This document shows positions 25,805 through 37,390 of a stretch of DNA of 64,000 nucleotides, one piece after another; the first letter of the stretch is position 1, and each line of letters opens with the position of its first letter. Origin of the DNA: Mizuhopecten yessoensis (Eukaryota); NCBI RefSeq assembly GCF_002113885.1, contig NW_018404603.1, forward strand, positions 171,571 through 235,570, read 5' to 3'. Position numbers and translations under genes: made by a program. Below the pieces are notes generated by a model. It did not search any database. It was given only the letters and a program-made list of their open reading frames with translations, and had not been told where the DNA came from.

Positions 25805-26545
25805 CTACAAAACAACACTGGGGGAGGGGGGTTGGGTGGGGGTGGGCGTAAAACAATGCTTGGGAGGACACAAGACAACGGCAAGAGGACGTTCATGTAA
25901 AACAGCGCCGGGAGGACGGAAAACAATACCAAAAGAACGCAAAACAACACTGTAAGGACTTAAAACAACGCTTGGAGGACGCAATACAATGTCAAGAGGA
26001 CGTTCATGTAAAACAGCGCCGGGAGGACGTAAAACGACTATTTGGGAACGTAAAACAACGTTTTTAGGATGCAAAACAACGCTCGGAGAACGTAAAACAA
26101 CGTTTTTAGGATGCAAAACAACGCTCGGAGAACGTAAAACAACGTTTTTAGGATGCAAAACAACGCTCGGAGAACGTAAAACAACGTTTTTAGGATGCAA
26201 AACAACGCTCGGAGAACGTAAAACAACGTTTTTAGGATGCAAAACAACGCTCGGAGAACGTAAAACAACGTTTTTAGGATGCAAAACAACGCTCGGAGAA
26301 CGTAAAACAACGTTTTTAGGATGCAAAACAACGCTCGGAGAACGTAAAACAACGTTTTTAGGATGCAAAACAACGCTCGGAGAACGTAAAACAACGTTTT
26401 TAGGATGCAAAACAACGCTCGGAGAACGTAAAACAACGTTTTTAGGATGCAAAACAACGCTCGGAGAACGTAAAACAACGTTGGGAGGACGTCAATCAAC
26501 GCTTGGTTGACTAAAAACAACATTTAGAGGACGTAAAAAACGCTG
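25805..26545 (+). repeat. Minisatellite of 21-bp monomers with a core of 10 identical 42-bp dimers (26051-26470)
   Basis: Core unit TAAAACAACGTTTTTAGGATG+CAAAACAACGCTCGGAGAACG repeated exactly 10 times. Flanks are diverged 21-bp AAAACAAC monomers. Confidence 0.98.
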
Positions 26546-29254
26546 AAAGGACGTGCAGGAACGACGGCGTTCACGGTTTTATTCGCTAATGTCCGTTACA
26601 TTCCTGAGGCAACATGGCCTTCTTGGAAAATTTGCGTGTTAAAATGTGGGGACGCAGACACTTGACCAACGCGTGATAAATGCGACACGATACATAGCAA
26701 AGGAGATCGGATCCTAATCGCCTGTTTTTGTAGAGTAATGGACGGCAGCGATGTCAATGGAAACGAGGTTTAGCAGATAACATCAGGACAGACTATTAAC
26801 TCCATCCTGAATGGCATATATTGGTAGAGGGCGCCCGTAGACGTGTTGCGTCCAAGACCTGATAAGAAAGTATTTCAATATAATAGATACATCTTGCCAC
26901 AGTGTTTAGGTACATTGTAAATCGAAAAGAAAACAGAACTGTCGACCTCGAATGTTGTTTTTCAAAAGATTTTTTTTTACTGCTAAACAGTACTGAGGCC
27001 ACGTTGACGTGTAATGTAAGTCCGAGGTCGAGATTTCTGAGGTCTGTTCCTAGATTCGCGCGTGTCATATATTTACGTTGAGCGCGGCTTGGTCTTGATA
27101 CAATCAGCCGTACCGTACATTTGTTACAAGTAAAACTCCGATATGTCCAAACACATGCAATTATAGTTATTCAGTGAAATGTTCACAACCAGCAAAACCG
27201 AATTTATTGACTAAAATATTTAATTTGTTCTTTTAATTTTTTCGGGTATGATTTCTTTCTCGTATCTATTAATTGCTTACATCTACGTTTTCCATTCTAA
27301 CGAGGGAGTCGTCGAGCACTTGGTGCTTTGTTCTCGTGAAACACAAAGACAACCTTTTCTGGTACTGACTCACACTCCACAATCCAACATTCCAAAAACT
27401 TCTGGAACTGAAATGCCAAGCACGACAAGCACCTAAGGAGGACTAAATAAACCCGCCCATAGTGCCAACAAAGAACAAACAAACGCACACGTGCATCGCC
27501 CGGCAAAGAAAAAGGGAGACAATCTCACTCTTGTCTGTACTAGTCACATTTAAAAATGTAACACTTCCAGTAATCTGATTGGCCACTTCCGCTCTAGTTC
27601 AATGATATGTACACACAACACAGCCTCCATTGTCCGGCTTGACATCCATTATGTCGGTCAGGTCCACGAAACAAGTTTCCTCCTTAACGATATTTGTGTA
27701 TGGCAAAACAGCTATTACATTGAACAAATGTATGTTGCTCTTTAAAAGCCTGAACTAGTTAAACAGAGTATACTACTTAACAAATATGCGCTAAAAAGTT
27801 AGAAGGAGTAGAAAACGAGCAACGTGCTTTATGAACAAGTAAATCCATGGCTGAGAATCAAAGCGGCAGCCATGATACTGACGATGTCAGCCATTTATAT
27901 GAGGGTTGTTCTATCTGAAACAAGTTTTTGTTATGTCAGTGTGTTCAACTCTGTATGGTTATTCATATATATTTGGGTCAAAACACAGACCTTGTACAGT
28001 AGCTTATGAGATAGTTATCGCACCAATACTAACAGCTCTTAGTAACAGTTTTTATAAAGAATCGTCCAGCTATATTCCTCTACAAATTAACCCCCCTCCA
28101 CCCCCAGGAGGTAAACTTTCGAAACTTAGGTATCGAGTCAGACATTCACGGTATACAAAGGTATGTATATAAACGATTCTAGACACTGGCAATAGTCAAC
28201 ACTAGATCTCTAGATTTAATCTATAGGTACACGCATTTCTTTGGTTTAACAAAACGTCTAGCTTCTCCCAGGAAAAAGACAATTCCTGTGTACCTCATGC
28301 AACACAATCTTGATCCATGTCAGCGTTAATTATCGTTAAAGAAACATTTATCAATCTATTTTAGCAATTAATTGCTTTCAGTTGGCATTCATAGTCTTTA
28401 TGAAAGCCACATGAAAATGACAAATTCCAGAAAGCGTATGTTTGATGAAAAAAAAGAACAATCATCTTCCAGAGAGGTGCTGTTTTACCTATCATTTCAA
28501 ATATTACGTCATAGTAATGTTACTGTCAGCACGTAGGCCATGACATTCATAGCTGATGTGAATGCCATCTCAAATCTGCAGGGTTTTACAGTGGTAATGC
28601 TCTTGAACAGTAAATACATTGCTATGTGTACCAATACCATACTTGTACATAAGAACCTATGGTAACAGTACGGTCAATATCAGATGCATATGTGTACACT
28701 TGTACAAACATTGAATGTTGTTTGACGCCAGTTGCAGCGTACTTGAAATTAAACTGGCTAAAACAGGTTACACCCCCCCCCCCCCCCCACCCCCCAGTAA
28801 TACTCCTCGGAGAGAGTTCTGAGCAATCGGTTACAATCACACCAATTTCGAATTATCTCCTATAGTCTAACCTCCGGTTTTACTTTTTAACGTCGATGTA
28901 TAGTAGATCGAACGGTGCGATAGTAAAGAATTAGCGTGAGGTATTGACTTTGCTGGGTTATCCAGTACAGCTTTTCTTTGTGGGGGGTGCGGGGATGCGG
29001 ACAGCTGGTACACGGCCTACAAAGCACACGAGATAAGGAACCGCATCCCTCTGGGAGACAAACATAAGGATGAAATGTATGTGGTGTAGTTATGGTAGTC
29101 AGGTATGGAAGGTATTGTCTCCTTTAAACCTTATTTACAACGCTACATTATAAGTGTGTATAAGGTGCCAGCTAACCAAGTAACAGTCGTTGTTGAAGAA
29201 GTCACACTTTTGTTCTGTCGTGTGAGACGAGAGGATGAAACTACGGGGAAAATC

Positions 29255-29470
29255 GATGTAAAAGGAGAGCGAAAAAAAAAGATGATATAAGGGAAAAAAT
29301 GACCAAAAAGGCAAAGATGAAGGGTTGGCCAATGATATAGAAGACAAAGGATGGAAAAAGACAGAAAATGACAAAAGGCCAGAATTAAAAGGGAAGGATG
29401 CCAAATGGTAGACGGTGAAAAAGAATGGAAAAGGATAACAAAGGAAGATATGGCAAACACAAGACATAGG
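29255..29470 (+). repeat. Purine-rich (A/G) low-complexity tract
   Basis: Strong A/G strand bias. It explains the Phe/Ser/Leu-rich minus-strand ORFs at 29135-29667. Confidence 0.75.
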
Positions 29471-30609
29471 TGCAAGTATACATGTTCATCTAACAAAAAA
29501 ATCTTTAAAGACATTGAAAGATGTTGTATAAGCTGCAAAGATGAATGAGCATTTGTTTTCTTAAGTGGAATAAATTCAGTAACCACAGGCCAAGTAAAAG
29601 GTTTACATGTACCACGTATATATATGTTAGACCGATTTGGTGTTGATAGGGGGCAGCACCTTCGCACTCGCTACAGCGTTATTTTTCTCAACAGCCGTAC
29701 AGAAAGATACAATCACTCCGGACAACAGCGTTTATAATTCTTCTTAGAATTCTGTATTGGAGTGGAGAAAGGCAGCAGTGTCAGCCTCACTATCGTTTAA
29801 GCGCACGTGACAGATGTCTGCATCGTCTGCTCACACCATTAACCTTTTTACAAGATAATTATCTAAATCAAAATATTGGGTCTACACGCTAATCACGCGA
29901 AAAACACATCCTCCCTGATTTAATCCGACTATACAGTGGAAGTGCACAAAAAACCTTTTGTAATAAACTCATCTGAGCTAACCCCTCACTGAGATTGTTT
30001 GACGTCAGAGGAAATAAACTGACACGAGCAAACAAGAGAAACTATTGTTAAATATTTAACTAATATTTAAAAATTGTAGCAAGTCATATATGCATACAAA
30101 CTGACCCTCTGCTACTTGAACGTACAACTGTTCTCTTTGATAATCTGCGATCTTGCGAGAGAGTTTATGTCTTAATAGTAACATGTTTATGACGCATGCC
30201 GTGAAATGGACGTGCATTATGAGGATAGGACCGCTAACAGGCGGACCATTATCGACGGGGCTTCTGCCACAGGTAGGTAAGACAAACCGACAACAGATGT
30301 TGACCGTACGATACCATGGTAAATGGCTCGCTTGTCCGATCTCATAAATCATCGGCTCGTGTTTATGAACGAATGAACGTCCACATACATTTTTTCACAC
30401 CCGTTAACGTTAAGGAACCGAGTACCACTGCCGAAAAGAAAAATACACTTTGCGGGACTTTAACGAATGAAAAAATAGAGATGAATATAAACAAAAAATA
30501 ACTAGAAATTATCATAGACAATATGACGGGCTTTTCATGATTGCTAGCCACACTTTGACACTAAAGGACAGTTTAGGTTGAACAATATCCATGACTGGCT
30601 CAAAATGTA

Positions 30610-30985
30610 ATTGAAGTAAAAAATATCACAGTCAATAAGATGCCAGGGTGGCCATCTTGGATTTTTGGATCGGCTTGTTATGTAACAACACTTGTCCAAC
30701 CTTGTAAGGATCATTGTACCAAGTAAGGAGTCAATTGGTCCAGCCGTTCTTGAGAAGAAGTTGAAAATGTCCCAGCCAATTAGAGACCAGGGCAGCCATC
30801 TTGGATTTTCAAAATCGGCACAAAATGTAACAACACTTATGCGGAACCGCTCAGGGATCAACTATAATAATAAAAAGGAGCCTATTTGTGCAGCTATTCT
30901 TGAGAAGAAGTAAAAAAATGTCTCAGCTAATCAGATGGCAGAGCGGCCATCTTTGGTTTTGGATTGGCATGAAATGTAAGGTATG
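30610..30985 (+). mobile_element. Short array of ~145-150-bp satellite-like units (GGCCATCTTGGA family), probable internal repeats of a non-autonomous Helentron-type element
   Basis: Three partial units, each with CAGYCAAT...GGC.GCCATCTTKG.TTTT, two of them preceded by TTCTTGAGAAGAAG. Family assignment is from recalled bivalve repeat motifs. Confidence 0.65.
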
Positions 30986-31385
30986 TGTTTTGTCAAAGCA
31001 GAATTTTGTTGTCACCACCTCAAACCTATCGCATGGCCAGGGACACAGGGGTCCGTCAATGTCAATGTCAAATGCTGAGAGTAGTATCTACTGCACACAG
31101 CCTGTAATTTGCATGTTAAATGTTTTTGTTCTTTATTTTGCAGTAAAATAGCTACTAACTGTCTCATAATTTCATCAATTTCATTAATTCCCTCCTCCCC
31201 CATTCCCATTTTCTGAACATGTATATAAGTTTAGGTACTGTAATTAACATACAATATAAATACCACACAGTCCCTATGCAGTAGGGTTATAAAAATAAGC
31301 TCTCCTGAACTAAATTTCCCTTAATAATGCTATATTTTTTTTCACTAACAGGAGAGGAAAATAAGAAATTCACGGGCAAACTGGT

Positions 31386-31760
31386 ACCTGTATCAACAAG
31401 ACACATCTTTTTTTAATAACAATTGGATATTGATCTAACATGTTATATTATTAGCTCTCTGGTATTGTACACTGGCAGTTAAAATCCATTTGAAAATATT
31501 CATTTATTGTAATTTATTCCTATCTAAAAATGCACCATTTTATGATTAAACCCTGGACTTTAATTAATTCTGTGATTTTACCTGTTCCAACAAGTCACAT
31601 ACTTTTTTAATTCAAAATTAGATATAGATCTAAAATGTTATATTATTAGCTCTCTGGTATTGTACACTGACAGTTAAAGTTCATTTGGGAATATTAATAC
31701 GTTGTTATTAATTCCTCCCTAAAATATATTGATTTTACCTATCACAACAAGACACAAATT
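31386..31760 (+). repeat. Diverged tandem duplication (~194-bp period, about 2.1 copies)
   Basis: ATGTTATATTATTAGCTCTCTGGTATTGTACACTG is identical at ~31440 and ~31636. ACCT....CAACAAG.CAC anchors at ~31386, 31580 and 31737. Confidence 0.9.
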
Positions 31761-32039
31761 CGTAATATACAATATTTTATTATTGCAAACTTCCAGATAA
31801 AGCTTTTAAACACCGCTTTTTTTCTGTTGCTTGTTGTTGGCGAAATGCTCAAATACACGCTGGTATGATATTTGAAGCACATTTAAACATTACAATTTAT
31901 TAAATTCTTGCAAACTTAGGCAGATGTGAAGATTTGATTGTATCTAAAGTTTAATAATATCTCAACATGTTGCTCCACGTAATTCTAGTTCAGCATTGAG
32001 CGATAATTAACAATTGTATCTTTCGTAAATAGTTTGAAA

Positions 32040-33000
32040 ATGTTCATGTGTTTATAATATTTGTGTATATGCTAGCTGATATGGCCGTATGGGCAGATGG
32101 GTGGGGTCCAATAGGGGAAATAGAGGAACAATTGAATTTTGTTAAAATTAAAAGAGATTAACCAATTTTATTCTAGAAGACAAAGGGGACTCAAGTTTGC
32201 ATAAACAGAGGGTGTTGATGTTTTTTGTAACAGATCAAAGACAAGGTCGCTTTTACTAAAAATTGAACAGTGAGGCTATATTGTCAAAAACACAATATAT
32301 GACCCTCCACAGGCCAGATTTTGGTAAACATTTTGTTATGACGTTATGAGGCAAAAGTTGGTCATAATCAAATAAGAAGTCAACTTACCGAAGGTCAAGG
32401 TAATCTGGTCAAAGGTCAATTATAAGGCCAAATATTGTTTATCTTAATAAGTGAACATTTTAATTTGTTATAACATTATGAAGCAAAATTGGTCAAAATT
32501 AATTCGGGGTCTACGTATGCAATACGTAACCATAGTGCCCACCTGTATGTCTGTCCTCTGTCCGTCCGTCCGTCTGTTTGTCTGTTACCACTATGAGATG
32601 ATTTCAGAAACCAAAAGTTCAAACTGAAATTACACATGGTTATATACATTGTGATACAGATATGCAGTAGGGTTTTTTAAATTTCCTTATGTCAAGGACT
32701 TATACTAAAATAGAATGCCTGCTGGTTATGCTGATCCCTTAGGATTTAGTCTCTAGGTTTTTATGTAAATGCTGGTCATGAAGATAGGGATACACTTAGG
32801 CTACAACAAGTACTTTCAGGGTTCAGCCCCGCCCCTTAGGCCTTAGTACGGGTTTATAACATTGAACAACATGTATTTGATATTCCAACCATACAACCAA
32901 ACACGTGTGCTAGCATGGCATAATGAAACAATCATGGGTGCACCCTTGGGTCTAGCCCCATTATTAGATATTTATTTGCCTATAATGGCTTTTGATGAAA
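32040..33000 (+). mobile_element. Decayed Helentron-associated (HINE/DINE-1-like) element fragments
   Basis: (GTCY)n microsatellite at ~32548-32586, AAGGTCAAGG/AAAGGTCAA motifs and an internal ~133-bp duplication (TTGTTAT.AC.TTATGA.GCAAAA.TTGGTCA). Boundaries uncertain. Confidence 0.5.
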
Positions 33001-33534
33001 ACGATTTATCGGGATTGCTTTAATATCACAGCGCTATTCTTATTGTTAACAAAAACACATGGAAAGCCATTAAAGGAAAAAAGTTATTTCGGACAAACTC
33101 TGAATGATCACCGTAGGCACGCATTAATGATGACCCAATATGTAAAAAGCTGAGCAGTCCTAAATGCGAACGTTCTTTAGTTCTTTAAACGCCTCTGTTT
33201 TGTTAAGGCTAAAACTGACCAGACAAGTGATCACTGTGACATATGTCGACACATATTTCAACAATGAATAACACTTCAATTCCATCCTACTTTAATATAA
33301 CTATAAGGTTATCACAAACCTGGCAAAGGAATTAAGACATTTCTCTGTCTGCCTATATGTTTCATTTTATAATAAATAAAGTTCCCTTGTTGTTACTGAA
33401 AAGGACAATATTATATATATTATGTTTCGGTTAGCTTGTAATAATCATAAAAATAATAATAAAATATAATAGGTCTTTTCACAAAAAGTGAAAAGCCCTA
33501 ATAAACGATAGTGTTTTCTGAGCCTATAGACATC

Positions 33535-33605
33535 AAAGTGGCTAGGCTAGGATTCGATCCATGAACTTCATATTTAACTACTGTCGCTTTTACCAAATTG
33601 GTTGG
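33535..33605 (-). mobile_element. Isolated tRNA-derived SINE head
   Basis: Minus strand: TTGGTAAAAGCG (A-box-like), then GGATCGAATCCTAGCC (B-box-like) about 25 nt later. No complete cloverleaf. Confidence 0.45.
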
Positions 33606-33688
33606 TTAGTTGACTGGTATTACGGCTTCCATCACTGACGAAAGTCTGTGTTCGGCCGACGTGAGGGGGTTAGTTTCCGCTTACCTGC

Positions 33689-33714
33689 ACCCCCCCCCCC
33701 CCCCCCCCCCCCCC
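33689..33714. repeat. Poly-C homopolymer (~25 nt)
   Basis: Directly visible. Shorter C tracts occur at ~1670, ~1985-2013 and ~28773-28795. Confidence 0.95.
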
Positions 33715-34451
33715 GAGATTCTTTATGCTACCTAGCCAAGAGAAGTACTCTTTATACGAAAATCCCCAGTACAGCTAAACAAGGATCCTTAAGAACGCGC
33801 GAGCGCGTGCACGTTTCTAAATCATGTCAAATGAAAGTTTTATAATTTATCAAAGTTTTTTTACACTAACAAATCATATAGAATAAGATCTAATTGTAGC
33901 CATTTGGTAGATATCATATACTAGTTATCCTCCTCTATATACCTCTTGAGTACATGTCGATAAAAGACACTAAAAGTTATTATGCATATGTAAAATTTAA
34001 ATACAGTTTGTACGTCTTAACTTGGCATGTTTTTGGCACGATAGCTACTTGACTGCCACGTGGAGATTGACTTGAAGAAAACTTTAATTAAAAGAAACCT
34101 TCCGCAGGTGGCGCACGCACTTTTCAAGTTTCCATCAGGTTAAGCATGATAACAAATACAAATTGCAGTTTGTACACAATTTTGACGTTTTGAGTTAATA
34201 TTTTGATAACCTAGCCAAGGCTTCAGTATTAGAAGCCTAGATCTGTTACAGACATGTTTGAACTCCCTGGCTCGTTAGAGGAAACCCTGTGTGGTCTGTC
34301 TGTCGAAGTAGTTCCCGTACTCTATTAGGACATCACAGAGCGTCTGTCTCATCATAACGCAAAAAAGTTACAAAGAGCAACCCAAAAAGGAAAACATAAT
34401 GCTAGATGTTTAGTTTTATCTCGAGTTACATAGCGGCAACTCGTTTCCGAG

Positions 34452-34720
34452 GTTTGTTTGTCTGTTTGGAACTTAACGTCAACGCAACAGCTAAGGTCAC
34501 GTGAAGACAGATGCCTGGGTAGATTCCGTCAAAAAGAAAAACCAAAATTAGGGAAGTGAAAAACAGAAACAAGTTTAAATCTGAAGTCTTGCAATGGGTG
34601 CATGATGTGAAACATGTGTTTCTTAAATGTCCCAAAAGGAGAAGGCATAGACCAATAATCCCAGTACTGCAGGAGTGGATCACACATTAGTCGACTCTTA
34701 CTGCAAGTGTTAGATAGGGC
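34452..34720 (-). mobile_element. Retroposon family B copy
   Basis: Minus strand starts near CTTGCAGTAAGAGTCGACTAAT and ends GTGACCTTAGCTGTTGCGTTGACGTTAAGTTCCAAACAGACAAACAAAC. Collinear with 16072-16356. Confidence 0.72.
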
Positions 34721-35130
34721 GCTATATCAAATGTTGTATGATATCATATAAATATGTAACATTCAGTGGATTACAGCAAGCTTATTCTTTCCGTGAACCT
34801 GCAGGGACGCTACAGAGCTTACAATATAACCGTTCATTAAGTGGAGAGTTCATGTACAAGTACACTGGGTCTAGCACACACTTACTTAATGACAGAGAAT
34901 CAAATCATAGACTGCCCCCTCGTCTCTAGAATATTGAATCATTTAGAAAAAAAACAACACCTTTATAATGTTGACCACTTGGATGCTTGATCCTAGCCAA
35001 AGTTCTCAAACAAAGGGGAGGTAAGCTAGTAGATTTAGTTAAATTTCAGCCAGTTATTTTTTCATTAAAAAACTGGTAGCCAGTCTAATGAAATCATAGC
35101 TCAGCATTTCAATGCATTACATGGATAACA

Positions 35131-37390
35131 TGTCTGATTTACAGTGGGTTGTTGATTTGTCCGATTTACAGTGGGTTGTTGATTTGTCCGATTATCAGTG
35201 GGTTGTTGATTTGTCCGATTATCAGTGGGTTGTTGATTTGTCCGATTATCAGTGGGTTGTTGATTTGTCCGATTATCAGTGGGTTGTTGATTTGTCCGAA
35301 TTACAGTGGGTTGTTGATTTGTCCGATTCCATGTAACAGTGGGTTGTTGATTTGTCCGATTATCAGTGGGTTGTTGATTTGTCCGAATTACAGTGGGTTG
35401 TTGATTTGTCCGAATTACAGTGGGTTGTTGATTTGTCCGAATTACAGTGGGTTGTTGATTTGTCTGATTTACAGTGGGTTGTTGATGATTTTTCTGATTT
35501 ACAGTGGGTTGTTGATTTGTCTGATTTACAGTAGGTTGTTGATTTGTCCGATTTACAGTGGGTTGTTGATGATTTGTCTGATTTACAGTGGGTTGTTGTT
35601 GATTTGTCCGATTTACAGTGGGTTGTTGATTTGTCGGATTAACAGTGGGTTGTTGATTTGTCTGATTTACAGTGGCGTGATGTTGATTTGTCCGATTTAC
35701 AGTGGGTTGTTGATTTGTCGGATTAACAGTGGGTTGTTGATGATTTGTCTGATTTACAGTGGGTTGTTGATTTGTCTGATTTACAGTGGCGTGTTGTTGA
35801 TTTGTCCGATTTACAGTGGGTTGTTGATTTGTCGGATTAACAGTGGGTTGTTGATGATTTGTCTGATTTACAGTGGGTTGTTGATTTCTCTGATTTACAC
35901 TGGGTTGTTGATTTGTCTGATTTACAGTGGGGTGTTGATTTGTCTGATTTACAGTGGGTTATTGATTTGTCCGATTTACAGTGGGTTGTTGATTTGTCCG
36001 CTTTACAGTGGGTTGTTGATTTGTCTGATTTACAGTAGGTTGTTGATTTGTCCGATTTACAGTGGGTGGTTGATGATTTGTCTGATTTACAGTGGGTTGT
36101 TGATTTGTCTCATTTACACTGGGTTGTTGATTTGTCTGATTTACAGTGGGGTGTTGATTTGTCTGATTTACAGTGGGTTGTTGATTTGTCCGATTTACAG
36201 TGGGTTTTTGTTGATTTGTCTGATTTACAGTGGGTTGTTGGTTTGTCTGATTTACAGTAGGGGGATGATTTGTCTGATTTACAGTGGGTTATTGATTTTT
36301 CCGATTTACAGTGGGTTGTTGATTTGTCCGATTTACAGTGGGTTTTTGTTGATTTGTCTGATTTACAGTGGGTTGTTGTTGATTTGTCCGATTTACAGTG
36401 GGTTGTTTATTTGTCCGATTTACAGTGGGTTGTTGATTTGTCCGGTTTACAGTGGGTTGTTGATGATTTGTCTGATTTACAGTGAGTTGTTGATGATTTG
36501 TCTGATTTACAGTGGGTTGTTGATTTCTCTGATTTACACTGGGTTGTTGATTTGTCTGATTTACAGTGGGGTGTTGATTTGTCTGATTTACAGTGGGTTA
36601 TTGATTTGTCCGATTTACAGTGGGTTGTTGATTTGTCCGCTTTACAGTGGGTTGTTGATTTGTCTGATTTACAGTGGGGTGTTGATTTGTCTGATTTACA
36701 GTGGGTTATTGATTTGTCCGATTTACAGTGGGTTGTTGATTTATCGGATTAACAGTGGGTTGTTGATGATTTGTCTGATTTACACTGGGTTGTTGATTTG
36801 TCTGATTTACAGTGGGGTGTTGATTTGTCTGATTTACAGTGGGTTATTGATTTTTCCGATTAACAGTGTGTTGTTGATTTGTCTGATTTACAGTGGGTTG
36901 TTGATAATTTGTCCGATTTACAGTGGGTTGTTGATTTGTCCGCTTTACAGTGGGTTGTTGATTTGTCTGATTTACAGTGGGGTGTTGATTTGTCTGATTT
37001 ACAGTGGGTTATTGATTTGTCCGATTTACAGTGGGTTGTTGATTTGTCGGATTTACAGTGGGTTGTTGATGATTTGTCTGATTTACAGTGAGTTGTTGAT
37101 GATTTGTCTGATTTACAGTGGGTTGTTGATAATTTGTCCGATTTACAGTGGGTTGTTGATTTGTCCGATTACATGTAACAGTGGGTTGTTGATTTGTCCG
37201 ATTAACAGTGGGTTGTTGATGATTTGTCTGATTTACACTGGGTTGTTGATTTGTCTGATTTACAGTGGCGTGTTGTTGATTTGTCCGATTTACAGTGGGT
37301 TGTTTATTTGTCCGATTTACAGTGGGTTGTTGATTTGTCTGATTTACAGTAGGGTGATGATTTGTCTGATTTACAGTGGGTTATTGATTT
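35131..37390 (+). repeat. Minisatellite, 27-bp unit GATTTGTCYGATTTACAGTGGGTTGTT, about 80 copies
   Basis: Directly visible. Length variants are +3 (extra GAT/GTT) and +6 (CATGTA). Produces the 765-aa LLICPIYSG ORF. Confidence 0.98.

Noticed and set aside
25805-26523. ORFs of 161-215 aa (KTTFLGCKTTLGER, HPKNVVLRSPSVVL)
   Set aside because: Perfect DNA repeat with no synonymous variation, open in three frames; a minisatellite artefact.
12905-30352. Pbx-Hox-like TGATTTAT sites (~12913, ~24782, ~30345)
   Set aside because: Several such AT-rich 8-mers are expected by chance in 64 kb, and they are not clustered.
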